From NCBI GenBank assembly GCA_013151775.1, contig JAADHO010000307.1, positions 1 to 59,297 on the forward strand: a stretch of 59,297 nt of DNA, given 5' to 3'. The notes under the pieces were generated by a model, which was not told the origin of the DNA, did no database searches, and saw nothing but the letters and a program-made list of their open reading frames with translations. A program made the translations under genes and the position numbers. This document shows, piece by piece, positions 44,771 through 55,872 of this stretch (position 1 is its first letter; every line of letters starts with the position of its first letter). This DNA is from Deltaproteobacteria bacterium (lineage in GTDB: Bacteria > Myxococcota_A > Polyangia > Polyangiales > Houyiibacteriaceae).

Positions 44771-46149
44771 GGTACACGCTCGCCCTCGTGCTGCTGCTGC
44801 TGGCCTGCGGTGGTGAGGCGCAGCCCACCAATTCTTCGACAAATCGTCGAGAAGCGACAACTCGTCATTCCAAGAACACCAAAGTTGACGAGAATACCAC
44901 GAAGATTGTCGTAAATCATGAACAGCTTGACGATAATAGTGTTCAGCAAGCTCTCGCTGACGCTCCCTTGGCAGATCTCAGCAGCTTCGACTTGCCATCG
45001 GATGATCGCCCCCTGGGCTCACTGCGCCCGCCGCCGCGCGCCGATTGGCCAGGCAGCGTCGCGGGCGAGTGCACGCTGCTGAGCCGTCTCCCCGGGCGAG
45101 TCTGGCCTGGTCGCGGGCCGTCCATCGTGCGCGCCGTCGGGGACACCCTGCTGGTCGCGGGTTATGCGCAGGGTCCACGCGGCATGCAGGTCTACGCGCT
45201 GCGCGTGCTGCCCGACGGGCGCTCGCAGCCTCTCTTCTCGGCAGACCTCACGGCCTCGCGCCTGCCCAGAGTGCCACCTGGTCTCGCCACCCGGGGCGCT
45301 CGCGCCCTGCTCGCCTGGGTGGATGGAGGTCGTCTGCGAGCCATCCGCCTGAGCCTGGCCGCGAGCGCAGGAGGTGGAGGTCGCACGCTAGAGCTCGGGC
45401 GAGGCGCGGACCCGCGCTTTTCACCCGCGGTGAGTCTTCAGCCTCGCGCCGTGTTGGTCGCCTACACGGATGGAAGTGCGACCCCCATGCACGTGCGCTT
45501 GCTGCGCCTCGGCCTCGAGGACGAGATCGAGGCGCGCGCGGACGTCAGCCTCCCGCACCATGGCGCCGCCGCTCCGAGCTTCGCCCGCGGCGGCCAAGCG
45601 GCATCTCCACGGCTCTACTTCCTCGAGCCTCGCTCCGGCATCAGCGCGCTCTATGCTGTGGACTTCGCGAGCGACCTCTCGCCTCGTCCCGCGCGCCTCG
45701 TGCGCCCCATCTCGAGCACCTACGAGCCCCCGCGTATCGCCGTCGCTTCTTCGCCCGGCGTGGTCGCCTACACCGCCCTCGGCAGCGCCGCCACCACCGC
45801 CATCGGGCTGCTGCCCCTCGACGACGCGAACCGCGCGCCCGTCGCGCTCTTGCGTGGCTCCGGCTTCGGCCTCTTCGGTCTGGACGTCGCCCTGCTGCCC
45901 GGCGCGGCGGTCTTCGCCTTCGGCGCGCCGACCCATCCCAGCTCCCCGAGTCCAGGTCCAGCCAACCGCGCACCGCACGAGATCCACGTGCGCTTGGCCG
46001 CGCCGGCGCCTCTGCCCGAGTTGGTGATTCGCAGCGCAGGCGGCGCCGAATCGCCCAGCATCGCCGCGGGTCCGGGCGGCCTCTTCGCCCTCACCTACGC
46101 GGCCTCGGGTGGTGTCTACCTCAGGTGGCTCCGCTGCGCCCCACCGTGA
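44767..46149 (+). CDS. putative lipoprotein, unknown function
   Basis: GTG 44767 shares GTGA with the dinG stop and gives (M)RYTLALVLLLLAC|GG (lipobox). A markedly low-GC, rare-codon stretch follows the lipobox (about 44828-44950). No family recognised. Confidence 0.65.
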   Translation: MRYTLALVLLLLACGGEAQPTNSSTNRREATTRHSKNTKVDENTTKIVVNHEQLDDNSVQQALADAPLADLSSFDLPSDDRPLGSLRPPPRADWPGSVAGECTLLSRLPGRVWPGRGPSIVRAVGDTLLVAGYAQGPRGMQVYALRVLPDGRSQPLFSADLTASRLPRVPPGLATRGARALLAWVDGGRLRAIRLSLAASAGGGGRTLELGRGADPRFSPAVSLQPRAVLVAYTDGSATPMHVRLLRLGLEDEIEARADVSLPHHGAAAPSFARGGQAASPRLYFLEPRSGISALYAVDFASDLSPRPARLVRPISSTYEPPRIAVASSPGVVAYTALGSAATTAIGLLPLDDANRAPVALLRGSGFGLFGLDVALLPGAAVFAFGAPTHPSSPSPGPANRAPHEIHVRLAAPAPLPELVIRSAGGAESPSIAAGPGGLFALTYAASGGVYLRWLRCAPP

Positions 46150-46159
46150 CGTCGGACGG

Positions 46160-46855
46160 TCAAAGTTGATAGGCGACGCCGAAGGACACGCGTAGATTGG
46201 CCCTGCTGTCGAAGAGCCTGTCAGGCGCGAAGCCATAGCCGCCGCGGATTCGCGCGAAGAGCAGCGTCGTCCCGGAGAAGATCGCCTCGACGCCGACCAC
46301 ACCGTAGAGGCTGCCGATCAGGTCGCCGCTCGCGGAATTCTCTGGCACGTTGGTGAACGCGAGGTTCGAGCCTGCGCCAACCGTCAGGGTGACACCCCCG
46401 CTGACCTGAACACCCAAGAGGCCTTCGATTTCCAGTCCCAGCGCGTAGCCAAAGGAGCCCGCGAAGATGCCCTGTTCGCCCACCAAGGAGCCATCACCCA
46501 AGTCCAAGAAGGGTCGCCCGGCGAGGCTGAAGTCGCTCTTCTCCCCGGCCCACAGGTGGAGCCGCAGAGGCACGGACACCTCGCCCCCGACGCCCGTGCC
46601 GAAGCCGAGCAACGGGCTGCCGTAGAGCACATCGCCACGCACGCCGACGTCCAAGGTGCGACTCGGCGAGAAGAGCGCCTCGGCCCAGAAACCCGGCCAG
46701 CCGACGCCCGCGGCGAGCAGCACCTGATGATTGCCGAGGGTGCGCCCGGAGATAGCCGATGGATCGCCCGAGGTCGGCGCCGGCAGCGCGAGCGCCGAGC
46801 TCGGCAGCGTGGCGAGGAGAAGAGTGAGCCCAAAGCAGTAGCGAAGCATCCCCAT
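46160..46855 (-). CDS. putative outer-membrane beta-barrel protein
   Basis: ATG 46855 gives the signal peptide MGMLRYCFGLTLLLATLPSSALA. The body is Gly-rich with alternating-hydrophobic beta-strand patterns. The C-terminus ...LRVSFGVAYQL is of the OMP type. Confidence 0.6.
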   Translation of the reverse strand: MGMLRYCFGLTLLLATLPSSALALPAPTSGDPSAISGRTLGNHQVLLAAGVGWPGFWAEALFSPSRTLDVGVRGDVLYGSPLLGFGTGVGGEVSVPLRLHLWAGEKSDFSLAGRPFLDLGDGSLVGEQGIFAGSFGYALGLEIEGLLGVQVSGGVTLTVGAGSNLAFTNVPENSASGDLIGSLYGVVGVEAIFSGTTLLFARIRGGYGFAPDRLFDSRANLRVSFGVAYQL

Positions 46856-46914
46856 GCGCGTACCATGTCCACACCCATCGAGGCCAATCGCCCACACGGG
46901 GAGCACGCCCGCCC

Positions 46915-47604
46915 ATGATCGTAGACGTCGTCATTCCCGCCCTCGACGAAGAGCAAGCCCTGCCCGAGGTGCTGCGGGAGATCCCCGCGTCCATCGTGCG
47001 TCAGGTCGTGGTGGCGGACAACGGCTCCACGGATCGCACGGCCGAGGTCGCGCGCGCCGCGGGCGCTGTGGTCGTCTCCGAGCCCGAGCGTGGCTATGGG
47101 GCCGCCTGCCTCACGGCCCTCGCCTACCTCCGCTCCGATCCTCCCGACGTGGTGGTCTTCCTCGACGGAGATCACAGCGACTACCCACAGGAGATCGGAG
47201 ACCTGCTCGCGCCCATCGCCTCGGGCGTAGCATCGCTGGTGATCGGCTCGCGCGCCCGCGGTCGCGCCGAGTCGGGTTCGCTCACATCACCTCAGCGCGT
47301 GGGCAACGCCATCGCCTGCGCCGGGCTGAAGGTCCTCTATGGCGTGCGCTACACCGACCTCGGGCCTTTCCGCGCCATCACCTGGCAGGAGCTCGGCTGG
47401 CTCGGCATGGTCGACAGGAACTTCGGCTGGACGGTGGAGATGCAGATCAAGGCGGCGCGCGCGGCGACTCCCTACGTCGAGGTACCCGTGAGCTACCGAA
47501 ATCGCATCGGCGTCTCCAAGGTCAGCGGCACTCTGCGCGGCAGCGTCAGCGCAGGCGTGAAGATCTTGTGGCTGCTCGGCAAGTACGCGTGGCCCACGCC
47601 CTGA
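46915..47604 (+). CDS. family 2 glycosyltransferase
   Basis: VVIPALDEEQALPEVL, VVVADNGSTDRTAEVA, the GYGAAC block and VVFLDGDHSD (DxD) are readable. Confidence 0.85.
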   Translation: MIVDVVIPALDEEQALPEVLREIPASIVRQVVVADNGSTDRTAEVARAAGAVVVSEPERGYGAACLTALAYLRSDPPDVVVFLDGDHSDYPQEIGDLLAPIASGVASLVIGSRARGRAESGSLTSPQRVGNAIACAGLKVLYGVRYTDLGPFRAITWQELGWLGMVDRNFGWTVEMQIKAARAATPYVEVPVSYRNRIGVSKVSGTLRGSVSAGVKILWLLGKYAWPTP

Positions 47605-48251
47605 CCCTCTTCGCGCGCGCGCCCGTGCCGGGGCACACGAAGACGCGCCTGATCCCGGCCCTCGGAGCCGAGGGTGCCGCTCGGCTCTACAGCGCCTTCC
47701 TCGCCGACACGCTCCAGCGCTTCGCGCCCGACTTCTCTGCTCGACTCTCGTGCGCTGGCGAGCTCACGCATCCCGTCTTGGTGCGTCTTGCGCAGACCTA
47801 CGAGGTCGCGCTCCGAGCCCAGTGTGAAGGCGACTTGGGTGCACGCATGAGCCACGATCTCTCACTCATGAACAGCACTCATGATGCAGGTGTCATCATT
47901 GGTACTGATATTCCCACGCTCCCGAGCGTGCTCGTGGAGGCGGCGTTCAGAGCCTTGGAGCGCGTGGACGTGGTGCTCGGGCCTACCTCGGATGGCGGCT
48001 ACTACCTCGTGGGTACGCGTGGAGCTTGGCCCGAGCTGTTTCGAGGCGTGCGCTTCTCGGGACCCCACGCCCTCGCCGACACCGTAGTCGCGGCCACACG
48101 CGCGGGCGCAGAGGTCGCGCTGCTCTCCCCGTGGTACGACATCGACGAGCCTGGGGATCTGCGCCTCCTGCGTGCACATCTCAGCCTCGACCCGAGGGCG
48201 GCGCCGCACACGGCCACCTGCCTTTTTGACCACCCTGTGACGGCCAGATAG
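47589..48251 (+). CDS. DUF2064 family (TIGR04282-like) nucleotidyl/glycosyl-transferase-like protein
   Basis: GTG 47589 gives (M)AHALTLFARAPVPGHTKTRLIPALGAEGAARLYSAFLADTL. GTDIPTLP and GPTSDGGYYLVG are also present. The start overlaps the GT2 stop by 16 nt. The ORF track extends this frame to 46854 through shadow sequence. Confidence 0.8.
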   Translation: MAHALTLFARAPVPGHTKTRLIPALGAEGAARLYSAFLADTLQRFAPDFSARLSCAGELTHPVLVRLAQTYEVALRAQCEGDLGARMSHDLSLMNSTHDAGVIIGTDIPTLPSVLVEAAFRALERVDVVLGPTSDGGYYLVGTRGAWPELFRGVRFSGPHALADTVVAATRAGAEVALLSPWYDIDEPGDLRLLRAHLSLDPRAAPHTATCLFDHPVTAR

Positions 48252-48272
48252 GATCGCCCACATCGGAGAGGC

Positions 48273-48923
48273 ATGGCAGACGACAAACTCTTCGCCAAGG
48301 TAGGCCGAACCTGCCCGGCGGGCACAATCCTTTTTCGAGACGGTGAAGCCGGCTCGGAGATGTACGTCCTGACTAGCGGGCGCATCCGCATCTTCAAGGA
48401 GGTGCGTGGTGAGGAGAAGACGCTCGCCACCTTGGGCGCCGGAGAATTCTTCGGCGAGATGGCGATCCTCAACGACAAGCCGCGCACGGCGAGCGCGCAG
48501 GTGGTCGAAGAAGCCGAGATGCTGGTGATCGACGGCAAGACCTTCGGCGCCATGGTCGTCAGCAACACGGAGATCGCCGTGCGTTTGATCCGCAAGCTCG
48601 CGAGCCGCCTCGACAACGCCAACGAGCTGATCGACATCCTGATGCACAAGGACCCGAAGGCGCGAGTGATCCTCGGGCTCTCGCGTGAGGCCGAGTACTC
48701 CGGCGAGCCGATGGAGGATGGCGGCGTGCGCGTGCCTCTGAACAACGCCGGTCTCGCGCGACAGGTCGGGCTGCCCGTGAAGGAGGTGGAGAACGTGCTC
48801 GCGCGGCTCTTCCGCTTGGGCATCCTCGAGGACGACGAGCAGGGCTTCCGCATCCCGGACACGCTGCGCCTGCACGAATTCCTCGAGTTCTTGCAGATGC
48901 AAGAGAAGTTCGGCGACGCCTGA
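48273..48923 (+). CDS. cyclic-nucleotide-binding, Crp/Fnr-like regulator
   Basis: The cNMP-binding signature is GAGEFFGEMAILNDKPRTASA. The C-terminal winged-helix-like segment is NAGLARQVGLPVKEVENVLARLFRLGIL. GGAGAGG lies just upstream of the ATG. Confidence 0.8.
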   Translation: MADDKLFAKVGRTCPAGTILFRDGEAGSEMYVLTSGRIRIFKEVRGEEKTLATLGAGEFFGEMAILNDKPRTASAQVVEEAEMLVIDGKTFGAMVVSNTEIAVRLIRKLASRLDNANELIDILMHKDPKARVILGLSREAEYSGEPMEDGGVRVPLNNAGLARQVGLPVKEVENVLARLFRLGILEDDEQGFRIPDTLRLHEFLEFLQMQEKFGDA

Positions 48924-49693
48924 TGGCCCTCGATCTCAAGATCCTCGGCTGTCATGGCGGGGAGACGCCTCGTCACCGCACCTCGAGCTTTCTCTTGAAC
49001 GACACCCTCGCGATCGACGCGGGCGCCATCACCAGCTCCCTCTCCCTCGACGAGCAGCGGCGCATCGAGGCCGTCGTGGTCAGCCACGCCCACATGGACC
49101 ACGTGCGCGACCTCGCCACCATTGCCGACAACCGCTGTCAGCAGGGCGCACCGCCCCTCGAGATCATCGGCACGCCCGCGACCTTGGCCGCGCTGAAGAC
49201 GCACTTCTTCAACGACCTCCTGTGGCCCGACTTCTCACAGATCGAGACGCCCGGCGGCAAGACCATCGCCTATCGCGAGGTGCTCCCGGAGCAGACCATC
49301 GAGGTGGCGGGGCTGAAGGTGAAGCCGGTGCTCGTGGATCACACCATCGAGACGGCGGGCTTCCTCGTGGACGACGGCACGCGATCCATCGCCTACAGCG
49401 GAGACACCGGGCCCACCGAGCGTTTCTGGGAGCTGCTCGCCGAGCGCGAGAACCTCGCGGCGCTCTTGATGGAGGTCTCTTTCCCAAACGAGTACGCGGA
49501 GCTCGCGCGCATCTCTGGCCACCACACGCCCGAAACTCTGGGTGTGGAGCTGAAGAAATTCGGCGGCCGCGAGCTGCCCATCCTGCTCTATCACATCAAG
49601 CCCGTCTTCCACGCCAAGGTCGAGCGCGAGCTGGCGAAGCTCGAGCGACACGATCTGACGATCCTGGACCTCGGCGATCAGTTCACCTTCTGA
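48923..49693 (+). CDS. class II 3',5'-cyclic-nucleotide phosphodiesterase-like MBL-fold protein
   Basis: LKILGCHGGETPRHRTSSFLLNDTLAIDAGAI and VVVSHAHMDHVRDL (HxHxDH) are readable. The start overlaps the upstream stop (TGATG). Confidence 0.7.
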   Translation: MALDLKILGCHGGETPRHRTSSFLLNDTLAIDAGAITSSLSLDEQRRIEAVVVSHAHMDHVRDLATIADNRCQQGAPPLEIIGTPATLAALKTHFFNDLLWPDFSQIETPGGKTIAYREVLPEQTIEVAGLKVKPVLVDHTIETAGFLVDDGTRSIAYSGDTGPTERFWELLAERENLAALLMEVSFPNEYAELARISGHHTPETLGVELKKFGGRELPILLYHIKPVFHAKVERELAKLERHDLTILDLGDQFTF

Positions 49694-49889
49694 CGCGCCT
49701 CGAGCGGGCCTCGCGACATTCGTGTCGCATCGTTGACGCTGGCGTCATGTCATGCAGGTGGGATGAGGTGCGTTTTTGTACGCAACTCACCACTAACTTG
49801 CGCCGATAAGGCCTTTGAAGCCTAGTCATTGAGCAGGGGCGCACTCTTGGGGAAGATCGGATCGAGTCTTGCAACGTCATCATCAGGGT

Positions 49890-50243
49890 ATGGGATCGCG
49901 TCGACACCAGCTGCGCAGCCACTCCGAGGACAAGCTCGGCTGCCTGCGCCGTCGGGCGCGCAAGCTGGCGCGGCGTGGCGACTACCGAAAGGCGGCGCGC
50001 ATGATGCGGGACGTGGTCGCCCTTGGGGGTGAGGCGCGCGCGTGGGTCCGCCTTGGCCATCTGCTCAGTCACACGAGGCGCGACGACCAAGCTGTGGATG
50101 CCCTCAAGCAGGGACTCTACCTGCATCGTCGGGCCGGCGCCGAGCTGCGCGCGCGCACCGTCGCGCAGATGATCCTACGCCTCGATCCGAGTGAGCCCTG
50201 CGCTCTGCGCATGCTCGCCTGCTGCGAATTCGCTGCGGCCTGA
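49890..50243 (+). CDS. small basic hypothetical protein (single TPR-like helix pair)
   Basis: ATG 49890 gives MGSRRHQLRSHSEDKLGCLRRRARKLARRGDYRKAARMMRD.... The ORF track starts it at TTG 49869. No family recognised, and support is only ORF length and codon bias. Confidence 0.4.
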   Translation: MGSRRHQLRSHSEDKLGCLRRRARKLARRGDYRKAARMMRDVVALGGEARAWVRLGHLLSHTRRDDQAVDALKQGLYLHRRAGAELRARTVAQMILRLDPSEPCALRMLACCEFAAA

Positions 50244-50270
50244 GCGCACGATCTGCGCCCGACGAGAGCC

Positions 50271-51902
50271 TCAGCTCTTCTCCCACGGCATGGGGTAGGC
50301 GAATTGTGTCAGCGGGCGCGAGGGCTTCTGCTGCAGCTCGAGCTCCTCGAAGAGCAGCGCCGGGGAGATCGTCGACACGGGCACGTAGCCGCTTTCCGCG
50401 CCGCAGAAGCCGTTGTCGACCTCGTGGCGTGAGCTCGCGGCGATGATGCCGCGGATGGCGTTCAGCGGTGTGCCCACGAAGTCCACTCCGCGGACCAGCT
50501 CCTCACGACCGTCGGGGTAGACGCGCGTGGCCAGGTCGATGTCGCCGAGGAAGGCTTGGAAGTTGTACGAGTCCGTGCTCGTCTCGCCGCCATAGGCGTC
50601 TACGATGCGCACGCCGAAGGGCACGCCCTGTCGGCGGATCTCTTCGAGGAAGGCGCGCTTCATCTCGTCGTCGCTGAGACCGTCCTTGGCCTCGACGATG
50701 GTGACGCCCATGCGGCTCATGGCGCGCGCGTGGTAGGCGCTGCGTGCGTGACCGTTGCTGCGGTGACGCTTGCCGATGGGCAGGCGCGAGGTGAGGAAGC
50801 CGCGCAGCACGCCATCTTCGATCAGGCGCGCGTCCTGCGCCGGTACACCCTCGTCGTCGTAGGGGTAGTGGCCCGCGAGAGACTTGCCGCCGAAGCGCTC
50901 CATGGCGGGGTTGTCGTGGAGTGTCAGGCCAGGCGGCAGGATCTCCTCGCCCACGGCGTCGCGGAAGGTCTGGCCTTCGCCGGAGGAGAGCAGGCGATTT
51001 CCCTCGAGGCGATGCCCGATGGCCTCGTGCATCAGCAGCCCCGCGGGCTTCGGGTCGAGCAACACGGGGCCCGAGTAGGCGCGGATCCGTGGCGCCTTCG
51101 ACAAGGCCTCGAGGCGCGCGTGGATGCGCCCGATCTCGCGCTTGGCCATCTTCAGATCGGGCAGCTCGCTCGGATCCGTGACCAGCCACGAGCGCGTATG
51201 CGGCAAGCCGTAGCCCTCGGGGCTGAGGTACCACGCGTAGATCTCCACGGTGCGCAGAGGCTGCGAGTGGATCAGGCTCACTCCCTCGGAGCTCACATAG
51301 ACGCGCGTCGCGTTCACGGCCCCGAAGCGCACGGCTCCGTCGCGCAGGAGCGGGTAGCGCTTGAAGGTGGCGCTGGCCTTCTGCACGAAGTCACGCGCCC
51401 AGTCGACATCCACCTCGGGCAGACGCCCGGGCCGGTGGTCGACTAGTGGGGGACGACGCTCGAGCGAGGCGAGGGCGCAGTGTTCGTCGACGTAGGAGAG
51501 GTTGATCGCTTGTCGATGCAGGAGATCGTCGATGGACTCGCGGTAGCGCGCTTCCGTCAGACGCCAGATGGCGTGCCTGAGTCCATCTTGTCCGCCCGCG
51601 ATCGGCATGCGCAGCATGTCGTAGGACTCGACGTCCGTGGCGTTGTCGCCGAGCGCGCCGCCGCGCACCTGATCGCTGCGGTAGGAGCCGACTCGCACAT
51701 CCGTCAGGCAGTTGCGCCGCTTCTCGTGGAAGTCGACCGTGAGCCCACCGAACTTGGCTTCGACGCGCCACTCTTCGTCGTTTCGCAGCATGTGCGAGAG
51801 GAAGTAAGGCCGCGGATGGCCCTTGATGCGCATGCTCTTCATGGCCCGCGCGTTCTCTTGGGCGAGCGTCTCCGCAAGCCTCTTGGCCTCTCGTCGATTC
51901 AA
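50271..51902 (-). CDS. tldD: TldD/PmbA-family metallopeptidase
   Basis: 543 aa. HEAIGHRLEG (HExxxH) and the GFCGAESG block are readable. TTG start at 51902 with AGGAGA 5 nt upstream. Confidence 0.85.
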   Translation of the reverse strand: MNRREAKRLAETLAQENARAMKSMRIKGHPRPYFLSHMLRNDEEWRVEAKFGGLTVDFHEKRRNCLTDVRVGSYRSDQVRGGALGDNATDVESYDMLRMPIAGGQDGLRHAIWRLTEARYRESIDDLLHRQAINLSYVDEHCALASLERRPPLVDHRPGRLPEVDVDWARDFVQKASATFKRYPLLRDGAVRFGAVNATRVYVSSEGVSLIHSQPLRTVEIYAWYLSPEGYGLPHTRSWLVTDPSELPDLKMAKREIGRIHARLEALSKAPRIRAYSGPVLLDPKPAGLLMHEAIGHRLEGNRLLSSGEGQTFRDAVGEEILPPGLTLHDNPAMERFGGKSLAGHYPYDDEGVPAQDARLIEDGVLRGFLTSRLPIGKRHRSNGHARSAYHARAMSRMGVTIVEAKDGLSDDEMKRAFLEEIRRQGVPFGVRIVDAYGGETSTDSYNFQAFLGDIDLATRVYPDGREELVRGVDFVGTPLNAIRGIIAASSRHEVDNGFCGAESGYVPVSTISPALLFEELELQQKPSRPLTQFAYPMPWEKS

Positions 51903-51970
51903 ACGTATCTCCTGAAGGGTCGGCCAGCATGGACCCGCCTGCCCTTCGGCGCCAGCCGTCTTTCTTGGCG

Positions 51971-55788
<3,818 letters not shown>

Positions 55789-55872
55789 CGCTTCTCCTGT
55801 GTGCTTCAGAGCGTGAGCGCATCATGGCTGATCCGTGCGCAGAGGCCCAGCACTCGTGCTACGCCTCGGCGA

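Noticed and set aside
43091-44860. 589-aa minus-strand ORF. Similar long antisense ORFs are 16950-18554, 15003-16121, 18422-19423, 26333-27643, 28428-29888, 37207-38790, 56536-57837, 11130-12428 and 11452-12711.
   Set aside because: Each lies opposite a gene with clear family motifs or signal peptides. All are Arg/Gly/Ala/His-rich with no motifs. They are the expected by-product of high third-position G/C on the coding strand.
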